The translations under genes were made by a program, and so were the position numbers. A stretch of DNA of 64,000 bases from a virus, in IMG/VR virus record IMGVR_UViG_3300037069_002364, positions 5,500-69,499 of that record. One strand, written 5' to 3'. Positions 26,148 through 33,817 of this stretch are shown piece after piece. Numbering within the stretch: the first letter of the stretch is position 1; every line of letters starts with the position of its first letter. The notes under the pieces were generated by a model. The model saw only the letters and a list, made by a program, of their open reading frames with translations, made no database searches and had not been told where the DNA came from.

Positions 26148-26345
26148 GTCTGGTCTGGTCTGTGTCTGTTCTGTGTCTGTTCTGTATCTGTATCTGTTCT
26201 GGTGCGTTTCAGAAACGTTTCACCCGATTGTTCCCGAAACGTTTCAGTAACGTTCCATGAAACGGCATGAAACGTTACATCGTGTTACCGTAACGTTTCT
26301 GAAACGTTTCATCATCGTTTCAGAAACACGCATGAAACGGGCATG
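26148..26345. repeat. Non-coding second iteron-like block homologous to the rep-gene origin
   Basis: Exact shared strings with 1576-1624: TCTGTTCTGTATCTG, GTTTCAGAAACGTT, CTGAAACGTTTCATC. Confidence 0.8.
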
Positions 26346-26451
26346 GAAAAACGGGCATGAAAAATCAACCTCGGCCACCTGGGGCGCACGCCGAAACGCC
26401 GGTGCCACGCGCACGCGGGCGCACGGGGGAACCGGCGGGCACACGAAAGCA

Positions 26452-26483
26452 CCAGAGGGCCACCCTTACGGGCAGCCCTCTGG
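26452..26483 (-). terminator. Hairpin / possible terminator after the 26503 gene
   Basis: CCAGAGGGC...GCCCTCTGG stem with an inner CCC-GTAA-GGG hairpin; weak U tract. Confidence 0.45.
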
Positions 26484-26502
26484 CTTAGGATTGTACTAGG
26501 GG

Positions 26503-27234
26503 TTAGTTGGTCGCGATCTCCCGCATTTTGGCAACGATGCCAGCGGGCGTTGTGCCAGCGTCTAACGCGGCATGGTTGACCAATTCAATCAAACTACCCA
26601 GAGACGATTCGGAATCGTCCATCGGCTTGGCTTGGATGACGCCATCATTGACGCGTCCTTCGGTGGGCGTAGATGCCGCGCGGATCACGGTCGCGTCCGG
26701 CTTGCCGCTCATCATTGCCGCTCCCGCAATGGCAACGCTATCGGCAGCTGCCTTGCGTGCGGCGGCATGTGCTTCGAAGCGCGTACGGTGTTCTGATTCC
26801 GTGATTCCCCATGCCTTGACCAGAGAGAGGTACTCTGCATACCGCGCATTAGCACGCGCCACCACGCCAAGTCCCGTCAACAGGATGGGCACACGCCGTC
26901 CGTCTACCATTGCGCTTACGGACAGATTGCCCTTGTTGTCTGGCGCGCAAAACCGGAACGGGCCTGCCAGTAGGAATGGGGCATGCGTATCGGGTGATTG
27001 CGATGCATACCAACCGAACACCTCAGGCACTTCCCCTTGTGCCTGTTCGTCCACAATCTTCTGAAAGAATGCCAGCATGCCAACGCGGTTCTTACACACC
27101 AGCATCTCATCTTGCGGTCGCGTAGTTTCGGGCAGTTTGCCCGTTTTCGCGATGCGTGCCATCTGTGCGGCTACCGCGGGATCGTACCCCGCAACGCGGT
27201 TCTTGAGCGTGCTAACGGAAAATGTGTTACCCAT
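26503..27234 (-). CDS. Hypothetical protein with atypical codon usage
   Basis: Start trimmed to MGNTFSVSTLKN; more A/T-ending codons than neighbours. Confidence 0.65.
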   Translation of the reverse strand: MGNTFSVSTLKNRVAGYDPAVAAQMARIAKTGKLPETTRPQDEMLVCKNRVGMLAFFQKIVDEQAQGEVPEVFGWYASQSPDTHAPFLLAGPFRFCAPDNKGNLSVSAMVDGRRVPILLTGLGVVARANARYAEYLSLVKAWGITESEHRTRFEAHAAARKAAADSVAIAGAAMMSGKPDATVIRAASTPTEGRVNDGVIQAKPMDDSESSLGSLIELVNHAALDAGTTPAGIVAKMREIATN

Positions 27235-27236
27235 GG

Positions 27237-27488
27237 CTAATCCCAACCTTTCACGCGCCGAATGCGTTCTAGAATACTGCCACCTGCCACATTGACAGGT
27301 GATGCTAACCCGCCGTACACGTCGTCTACTGTCCACCTGTCCAACTGTGATGTGTACCCCTGCGTCCGTACCGCGTTGACTTGACGGATCACTGCATGTT
27401 GTACATCGTGCCGCTGTGTTGCGAAGCGGCTGTCCGAAGCGACTCCCGCCAATACTTGTCGCCGCAATGCACGCCCCGTACGGTTCAT
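27237..27488 (-). CDS. Hypothetical protein
   Basis: MNRTGRALRRQ..., GAGGGG RBS, ends just before the 27234 start. Confidence 0.45.
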   Translation of the reverse strand: MNRTGRALRRQVLAGVASDSRFATQRHDVQHAVIRQVNAVRTQGYTSQLDRWTVDDVYGGLASPVNVAGGSILERIRRVKGWD

Positions 27489-27772
27489 ACACGCCCCTCT
27501 CTGTTCAGGCATAGCGGTACTGAATACCTGCCATGCCCTGCCTGTTCACCGTGCCGCCGATCTCTGACGACAACCACAGCATGCGCCAGCCGCAGCAAGG
27601 TCGAAACGCCCAAAGGTACAGACTGCGTGGGAAGCACCGGCACCTGGCGGTTTTGGCAGTGGTGGCAAGGCTGCGGGGGGTGGCAATCTTGGGCGCGGGT
27701 CGGGAAAGCGAGTCCCCTCGCCCAGAAAACAAATCTCCACAGCGTATGACCGAGTACGACAATCCGGCCCAC
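27485..27772 (-). CDS. Possible hypothetical protein
   Basis: Stop overlaps the next ATG (ATGA), but no clear RBS; start uncertain. Confidence 0.25.
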   Translation of the reverse strand: MGRIVVLGHTLWRFVFWARGLAFPTRAQDCHPPQPCHHCQNRQVPVLPTQSVPLGVSTLLRLAHAVVVVRDRRHGEQAGHGRYSVPLCLNREGRV

Positions 27773-27845
27773 AGGGGAATGAGCGAGAAAGACGCAATAC
27801 GGCGCGGGCCTCAGTACAATATTACTTAGAGAACTGGGTACGAGA

Positions 27846-27874
27846 AAGATAGCAAAAGTGCCGTTCTTTTACAA
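27846..27874 (-). promoter_or_regulatory. sigma70-type promoter heading the long leftward arm, overlapped by operator
   Basis: TTGTAA-N17-TATCTT with TGn extension; box at 27863-27878 covers the -35. Confidence 0.6.
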
Positions 27875-27986
27875 GTACGTCAAGTGGGGACAACTCCTAT
27901 GGCTGTGATAGACAAAACCTATCATCGCATGGGGATGCGGTAAAATGGAGGCATATTCAATGAAGATCAATTTCGATCAGTGAAAA

Positions 27987-28556
27987 TCAGCGGTTATTGA
28001 GGCCGAGGAGGGTATTGAAGGCACGATCATCAGCGAGTGCCTGCACCTCACTGCGGCGGATCACCCAGATGTCCTCAAAAGAGAGGCGGTGCAACCGCTT
28101 GTGGCGCTGACGGCACATATGCTCGATGCGTGTCCGACTGAGCGAGAGCATCTTCGCCGCCTCGGTGATCGTCACAAATCCCTCGTTGTGGGCACGCTCG
28201 ACCGTCTGGCGATACCCGGCACTGACGCCCCGCTTCTGAGTCATCGCGGCAAAGCGATCCACCTCACTACGGCGCACGCGCCAGTTCCGGTGACTGGGCG
28301 GCGTTTCCGGGGGATGGAAGGGGATGGCGACGAGCCTGCCCGAGCGGATCGCGTGGCGGATCGCATTCTCCGTCACGCCCCGGTAGGCAGCGGCCTCGGC
28401 CACCGTCCACAAGGGATCGGTGAGCGACGCCTCCTTGATCGCTTCCTGATCGGCCAGCCACCGCTCTTCTGCCCGCCGAATCGCCTCCACCACCGCCATA
28501 CGCGTATTCTGCACCGTTCGCTCCATTCTTGACACCCACACCATATCACTCAGCAT
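27987..28556 (-). CDS. Regulator with two excisionase-type (HTH_17) domains
   Basis: LWTVAEAAAYRGVTENAIRHAIRSGRL and FVTITEAAKMLSLSRTRIEHMCRQ. Confidence 0.8.
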   Translation of the reverse strand: MLSDMVWVSRMERTVQNTRMAVVEAIRRAEERWLADQEAIKEASLTDPLWTVAEAAAYRGVTENAIRHAIRSGRLVAIPFHPPETPPSHRNWRVRRSEVDRFAAMTQKRGVSAGYRQTVERAHNEGFVTITEAAKMLSLSRTRIEHMCRQRHKRLHRLSFEDIWVIRRSEVQALADDRAFNTLLGLNNR

Positions 28557-28583
28557 ACCCCATCCACGGCGCGTAACAAGGGG

Positions 28584-28964
28584 CTACCGATGATGGGCGG
28601 CGCGATGGTGATTGGGGCAGAGGGTGACGAGATTGGACGGGGCGTTCGTGCCGCCTCGGGAGCGTGGCACGATGTGGTGGACATCGAGCGATCCACCGCA
28701 GCCACACACCGTGCAGCGATGCCCGTCCCGTTCCAGCACCGCGCGCCGCATCCGGCGAAACTCATCCTCGTAGGACTTGCTCGTATAGTGGGCGCTCCCC
28801 GTACCGAGAATGGCCCGCTTGAATGCCCAGACGAAATAGCATGTGACTAGCGTCACCACGATGATCCAGAGGGCGATCCCGTAGGCGATCATCCCCCGGG
28901 AGGCAATCGCGTGACACGTCTTGTCCAATCCGTCGTTGAGGCACATCTGCTCCATCGGGTCCAT
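28584..28964 (-). CDS. HNH endonuclease with N-terminal transmembrane helix
   Basis: IAYGIALWIIVVTLVTCYFVWAF, then VLERDGHRCTVCG...VHHIVPRSRGGTNAPSNLVTLCPNHH. Confidence 0.85.
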   Translation of the reverse strand: MDPMEQMCLNDGLDKTCHAIASRGMIAYGIALWIIVVTLVTCYFVWAFKRAILGTGSAHYTSKSYEDEFRRMRRAVLERDGHRCTVCGCGGSLDVHHIVPRSRGGTNAPSNLVTLCPNHHRAAHHR

Positions 28965-29095
28965 CGCGCTTCTCCTTGTAAAACATCACAATTTCCCACA
29001 CCATCATACACGATGGTCGTACCGGGTCATAGGTTTTCTGCACGGATTTCCCTGACCAAAATCGTGAATCGCATGGGGATGCGCCAAACACCCGC

Positions 29096-29124
29096 TTGAC
29101 AACCGGGCGTTCCTTGTGTACTTT
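29096..29124 (+). promoter_or_regulatory. Probable late-operon promoter overlapped by operator
   Basis: TTGACA-N17-TACTTT; box at 29118-29133 covers the -10. Confidence 0.7.
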
Positions 29125-29148
29125 GATAAGTACGTAGGAGTATATCCA

Positions 29149-29421
29149 ATGGAGTGGGACGACGAACGCGGCGTATCGGTAGTGATGGTGACGAGCCACC
29201 TCCGGGCGCGGATCGCGCTCCTCCTCATTGCGGTGGTTGCCCCACTCTCGCGTCTCTCGGCAGACCTCGCCAACACGCTCTTGTGGCTGGCATGGCGATG
29301 TGGTCAGGGCCAGTACCGCATCAATGGCGGCGCGCTCCGGCCCCTCTCCCGCGAAGTGATCGAGCCATATCTGCTCTGCGCCGATGGCGTCAATACCGAA
29401 GTTTGGATACCGAGCGCATGA
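29149..29421 (+). CDS. Hypothetical protein with hydrophobic segment
   Basis: AGGAG RBS, MEWDDERGVSVV... Confidence 0.55.
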   Translation: MEWDDERGVSVVMVTSHLRARIALLLIAVVAPLSRLSADLANTLLWLAWRCGQGQYRINGGALRPLSREVIEPYLLCADGVNTEVWIPSA

Positions 29422-29609
29422 CGACTGCAAACTACCGTGGCACCTGGCTGAACGAGAACCGCGCCGACCTCTGTGCAGCGGCGGGGCGTGGTGATGACGC
29501 CTATGGCCTGCGCCGTGACTGGCATCCGCAGGTCAGGATGGCGCAACGCCACTTCCTCCCCCCCGGCGGCCGGTTGGTCGAACGCCTGAAAGCGAGGCAG
29601 ACCCGATGA
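29418..29609 (+). CDS. Hypothetical protein
   Basis: ATGA coupling at both ends. Confidence 0.5.
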   Translation: MTTANYRGTWLNENRADLCAAAGRGDDAYGLRRDWHPQVRMAQRHFLPPGGRLVERLKARQTR

Positions 29610-29761
29610 TGACGCTCCCCACGCCGACCGCCGAGCAGGTGCGTTTCCATAAGAGCATCACGATTGCCTTCGCCAACGTCATCCTCCAGCAGGACATGGC
29701 GATGCGCGCGGCGATCTTCTCGCGCCAGTTGGCCCTCTTCCCGAAGGGCAATCAGATATGA
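29606..29761 (+). CDS. Hypothetical protein, 51 aa; not in ORF track
   Basis: MMTLPTPTAEQVRFH...SRQLALFPKGNQI; coupled at both ends. Confidence 0.5.
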   Translation: MMTLPTPTAEQVRFHKSITIAFANVILQQDMAMRAAIFSRQLALFPKGNQI

Positions 29762-29970
29762 CGGCCCGCAACGGCTCGTCACCGCCGAGTATCCATCGCC
29801 CCAAGCCCGATGACCGCGAGGCGTACTTCAACGGCGCGATGCGGCAAGTCGTTGACGCACTCAAAGTGCAGCAGGGCTTCTCCGAGAAGGACGAGGCGCG
29901 TCTGCAAGAGGCCCGCGACCTGAAACGTGACGCATTGCGCGGCGTCGCATGGCGACGGCAACACGCATGA
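29758..29970 (+). CDS. Hypothetical protein
   Basis: ORF track; coupled. Confidence 0.5.
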   Translation: MTARNGSSPPSIHRPKPDDREAYFNGAMRQVVDALKVQQGFSEKDEARLQEARDLKRDALRGVAWRRQHA

Positions 29971-30581
29971 GCGATGAACTCTCCATCGAATACATCCCCC
30001 TTTCTCAACTCCGCAAATATGCCCGCAATGCCAAGGACCATGACATCGGCCTCCTGGATGCATCGGTGGCGCGCTTCGGCTTCCTCGACCCGATGGCGAT
30101 TGACGAAGCCTCGGGCGAACTGGTGGAGGGGCACGGGCGCATCGAGACGCTGGAGCAACAGCAGCGCGCGGGCGAACCGCTGCCAAAGCACATCATCCTC
30201 AAGGATGGCGAGTGGGCAGCCCCCGTCATTCGCGGCATCCGTTTTGACGACGATTTTGAACGACGCGCCTACACCATCGCCGCCAACCGGCTCACCGAGA
30301 TGGGTGGCTGGCACGACGAACTGCTGCTGGACGAACTCAAACAACTGGCGGAGGCCGCAGTACCGCTCGATGGCGTCGGCTACGACCTCGATGACCTCGA
30401 CCAGATGCTTAGTGACGAGGCGTTCCGTGACGCGCCCCTGCCGGAGCCATTACCCACGGGGGACGTGACGCACTCGACCCGCTATGGCGTGCACGTGGAT
30501 GCCAAGAGTCTTGACGCGGAAAACGACCTCGTTGACCTCCTCGCCGCGCATGGCTACGAGGCGAAGCGCCTTTCCGAGTAA
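29967..30581 (+). CDS. ParB/Srx-like N-terminal domain protein
   Basis: IEYIPLSQLRKYARNAKDH...FGFLDPMAID...VEGHGRIE...YTIAANRLTEMGGW. Confidence 0.8.
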   Translation: MSDELSIEYIPLSQLRKYARNAKDHDIGLLDASVARFGFLDPMAIDEASGELVEGHGRIETLEQQQRAGEPLPKHIILKDGEWAAPVIRGIRFDDDFERRAYTIAANRLTEMGGWHDELLLDELKQLAEAAVPLDGVGYDLDDLDQMLSDEAFRDAPLPEPLPTGDVTHSTRYGVHVDAKSLDAENDLVDLLAAHGYEAKRLSE

Positions 30582-30592
30582 GCGAGGCCACG

Positions 30593-30913
30593 ATGACCAC
30601 ACGCACCGCGACCCGCATCGTCGGGGATCGCGAACCGTTCACGCTCGCCGAAGTGCCCGTGACGCCGAAGTGCCAGATGCGGAGCACGCGGATCATTGCC
30701 GCCCATTCGCCCCTCGACGCGCTGGTGCGCTACTGCGACCGCCATGCATGGCACACGGGGGCGACGACCCCGGAACGCAACGGGGCGATGCGCGCCGAGA
30801 TTTACGCGAGCGACGATGTGCCGGAAACACTGACCATCGCTGTCCGCCCCATCGCGTGTGGCGCGCCCCTCTCCCATCGCGGCATGCGCACCTACGACAT
30901 CGTAATCGAGTGA
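30593..30913 (+). CDS. Hypothetical protein
   Basis: ORF track; GAGG RBS. Confidence 0.55.
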   Translation: MTTRTATRIVGDREPFTLAEVPVTPKCQMRSTRIIAAHSPLDALVRYCDRHAWHTGATTPERNGAMRAEIYASDDVPETLTIAVRPIACGAPLSHRGMRTYDIVIE

Positions 30914-31732
30914 GTGATGGACAAACCAACGCATAATTGGGCGGGATACGAGCACGTCGCCAAGGAGAACCCGCGCCCCCTGCCGGAGGGGTATGTCCTC
31001 GATGGGCTTTCGGCCCTGCCGGGGGAGAGCAAGGAAGCATACGAGGCGTATCGCTTCTACCTCGAACTGGGGCCGGGTCGCACCTTCGCACAGGTCGCGG
31101 TACATTGCGGCACATCGAACCCCGCCGTCGTTGATCGCGCGTTCCGAGAACGCTGGAAGCAGCGCGCCGCGCTCTTTGACCGCTTCATGGTCGAGGAGGA
31201 GCAGGCGGCGATCCGCGCCCAGATGGAGAAGAAGGCCGCCGTGATGGTTGAGCGGCGCATGAAACTCCAGGACGAGGAGTGGGAAGACCACCTCAAAATC
31301 CAGAAGAAGACTGACCTGATGCTGACGTGGCCGACCTTCATTCAGGAAGTGCAGCGCGACGGCAAGACGATCAAGTACATCCCCTACAAATGGTCGGCGA
31401 CCTCCCTCGCCCAACTGCTTGAACAGAAGTCGATTCTCGCGCGCCGGAGTGCCGAACTGCCGACGACCTACACGCAGATGGACATCAACGCGGGCACCTC
31501 GCAGGAAATCTCCACGGCGCACATGACACCCGAGGAGAAGGCACGGCACGAGAACGCGCAGCGGATCGCCGCCGAAGCCTATCTCGCCGCGATGCAGGCC
31601 GAGGAAATCCCCGCCCTGACGGCGCGTGTCACCCCCATGCCGGAGCCACCTGCCTGGTACGCGGCCACGGGCGAGACGAAGGAAGCCGCCGATGTCCCTG
31701 ACGCCGAACACAGCGAACCCAATCGCGAGTAA
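30914..31732 (+). CDS. terS: Terminase small subunit (probable)
   Basis: GESKEAYEAYRFYLELGPGRTFAQVA...WKQRAALFD N-terminus; immediately precedes and overlaps terL. Confidence 0.7.
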   Translation: MMDKPTHNWAGYEHVAKENPRPLPEGYVLDGLSALPGESKEAYEAYRFYLELGPGRTFAQVAVHCGTSNPAVVDRAFRERWKQRAALFDRFMVEEEQAAIRAQMEKKAAVMVERRMKLQDEEWEDHLKIQKKTDLMLTWPTFIQEVQRDGKTIKYIPYKWSATSLAQLLEQKSILARRSAELPTTYTQMDINAGTSQEISTAHMTPEEKARHENAQRIAAEAYLAAMQAEEIPALTARVTPMPEPPAWYAATGETKEAADVPDAEHSEPNRE

Positions 31733-33071
31733 CATCGCCGTCCGCATCGCGGCGGAAGCCTCGATCATTCACCCGACACGCGGGCGCATCAAGTTCATCC
31801 CCTACCCCTATCAACTGGCGTTCTGGATGGACACCTCCCGCTTCCGCCTGATCCTCAAGGCGCGGCAGATCGGGTTCTCGCAGGCGGTCGCGGCGGAAGC
31901 CCTCTACAAGGCGATGCTCACGCCGCACCGCACGATCCTCTTCATCTCGAAGAACGGCCCGGACGCGATCCGCCTGCTCAAGCAGGCGCGGGACATCTAC
32001 AGCGCGCTGGAGACGCCGCCCTGCAAGGCGACGAAAGACATCCAGCAGGAGATGCAGTTCGCCAACGGCTCCTCGATCACCTCGATTCCGTCGCAGCGGC
32101 ACGCGGGCCGTGGCTATCCGGCCTCGGACATCTACCTCGATGAAGCGGCCTACCTGCAATACGCCGAGGATATTTACGTCTCGGTGATGCCCGCGATTGC
32201 CAATGGCGGCACGATCACCATTCTCTCGACACCGAACGGCCAGCAAGGACTCTTCTACGATCTCTGGCGCGGCATCATGGGCAATGAGTGGTCGAAGCAC
32301 GAAATCCCCTTCTGGATGTGCCCGGAGCGCGACCAGAAGTGGTATGAGGAGAACCGCCCACCCAAGATGGCGATCTCCAAGTTCGCGGCGGAACATGAGT
32401 GCTCCTTTCAGGGATCGGGCGATCCGGTCTTCCGCGAGGACGGCATTCTCGCCTGCGCCGAGGGGTGGAACGGCCCGACCTTCGCGATGGCGGGGCGCTT
32501 CTATGTCACCAGTTGGGACATCGCCCGCAAGCGCGACTGGACGGTGGGCACGACGATTGATGCCACGGAGCGTGTCCATCAGGTCGTCGCGTGGCAGCGC
32601 GAGCAGGGGATGAAGATTCCCGTGCAGCAGCAGTTGATCGCCGAGCGATGGGCGATGTACCCGGGGCTGCATATCATCGAAGGTAACAACATGGGCGATA
32701 GCGTCCTTGACGCGATCCCCGGGCCTGCGGGCGCGCACGTCATTCAGGAGATGCACCTGACGCAGATGATCAACGCGGGCATCCCCCTGCCGATGGGCGC
32801 GATCATCGCCTTCCAGACACAGACGCGCAGTAAAGAGAACATCATCACGGCGCTGCAACTCGCCGTCGAGTCCCAGACCTACAAGGTCGGCATCCCCGAT
32901 GTCCTGAGCGAGATGCGCGCCTACACCCGCAACGACAAAAAACTCGTGCAGGACACGATCATGTCCGCCGCGATTGGCGAGTGGGCGGCAACGCACGTCC
33001 CGGTGATCGAGAAGATGGACTTCGAGGAACGCGCCGATGTCTCCCAATGGGAGCGGGACTACCTGGGTTAG
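31692..33071 (+). CDS. terL: Terminase large subunit
   Basis: Walker A LKARQIGFS, Walker B IYLDEAAY, STPNG, nuclease SWDIARKRDWT, EGNN, DTIMS. Confidence 0.95.
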   Translation: MSLTPNTANPIASNIAVRIAAEASIIHPTRGRIKFIPYPYQLAFWMDTSRFRLILKARQIGFSQAVAAEALYKAMLTPHRTILFISKNGPDAIRLLKQARDIYSALETPPCKATKDIQQEMQFANGSSITSIPSQRHAGRGYPASDIYLDEAAYLQYAEDIYVSVMPAIANGGTITILSTPNGQQGLFYDLWRGIMGNEWSKHEIPFWMCPERDQKWYEENRPPKMAISKFAAEHECSFQGSGDPVFREDGILACAEGWNGPTFAMAGRFYVTSWDIARKRDWTVGTTIDATERVHQVVAWQREQGMKIPVQQQLIAERWAMYPGLHIIEGNNMGDSVLDAIPGPAGAHVIQEMHLTQMINAGIPLPMGAIIAFQTQTRSKENIITALQLAVESQTYKVGIPDVLSEMRAYTRNDKKLVQDTIMSAAIGEWAATHVPVIEKMDFEERADVSQWERDYLG

Positions 33072-33106
33072 GTTCGGACACTCGCCACATACGACGGAGG
33101 ACACTA

Positions 33107-33427
33107 ATGACCCGTTACAAGCGACGTGCGACACGCAACGAAACGATGCAGGAATTGATCGCGGAAGTGCGGGCCTTGCGCGCGGACGTGGCGATGCTGC
33201 GTGCTGAGCGCGTGCAGGTTGTGCCGATGCCCTATCCGCAGCCGTACCCCGTCTATCCACACCCCGTGCAGCCGTATCGTCCGTGGAATCCATCCCTTTG
33301 GACGTCCACGATCATCGGCAGCGCGCAAGGCTTGACAAATGTCCTCAGCAGCACGAGCACCGACCTGACCTTCGGAAGCGGCGCGAGCGATGCGACAACC
33401 GTGATCGCCTACAACGCAGGCGACTGA
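33107..33427 (+). CDS. Hypothetical protein with Pro/Tyr-rich segment
   Basis: GGAGG RBS; PMPYPQPYPVYP. Confidence 0.55.
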   Translation: MTRYKRRATRNETMQELIAEVRALRADVAMLRAERVQVVPMPYPQPYPVYPHPVQPYRPWNPSLWTSTIIGSAQGLTNVLSSTSTDLTFGSGASDATTVIAYNAGD

Positions 33428-33443
33428 CGATGAGGAGCGACGC

Positions 33444-33632
33444 ATGAGCGAACTCGACCATCCACGTTACACCCCCGTCAATCCCTCCGACGAGATTCAG
33501 GTCGGCATTCTCCGCGAGATGCAGGCGATCCATGCCGACATCGAGGCAATCAAGGCGGCCTTCGATACGGCGGTCAAGCAGTTCCGCGCCACCGAGCCGG
33601 AAGCGAAGAAGACCACCGCCACCAAGAAATAG
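33444..33632 (+). CDS. Hypothetical protein
   Basis: GAGGAG RBS. Confidence 0.6.
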   Translation: MSELDHPRYTPVNPSDEIQVGILREMQAIHADIEAIKAAFDTAVKQFRATEPEAKKTTATKK

Positions 33633-33642
33633 CCCACCATCC

Positions 33643-33797
33643 GCAGACAGAGGCGAAAGCATCGACGCGACCCGACAAGGGACAGTTAGCGGGTGTGAGT
33701 CCCGCCTGCCTGCACTCTCCCTCGACTCCCCGCGCTGGACTCGTCCCAGGCAATACCGCGCCCCAATAGCAGCCGTAAGGCGAACGCGGGGGGCCGA
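33643..33797 (+). ncRNA. Candidate structured RNA: tRNA-like element plus multi-stem domain upstream of portal
   Basis: Acceptor-like GCAGACAG/CTGCCTGC, T-arm-like GCGGG-TGTGAGT-CCCGC, then a 13-bp stem (33722-33734/33785-33797) enclosing CTGG/CCAG and GCC-GTAA-GGC hairpins. Confidence 0.4.
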
Positions 33798-33817
33798 CTT
33801 CACACAAAGGACATGCG

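Noticed and set aside
27675-27704. G-quadruplex as a standalone claim
   Set aside because: First loop is 10 nt, G-tracts are common at this GC content, and the opposite strand may be coding; kept only as context.
29967-30581. ParB-like gene as a plasmid-prophage partition system
   Set aside because: No ParA or parS seen, the phage has an integrase, and ParB-like domains upstream of terS are common.
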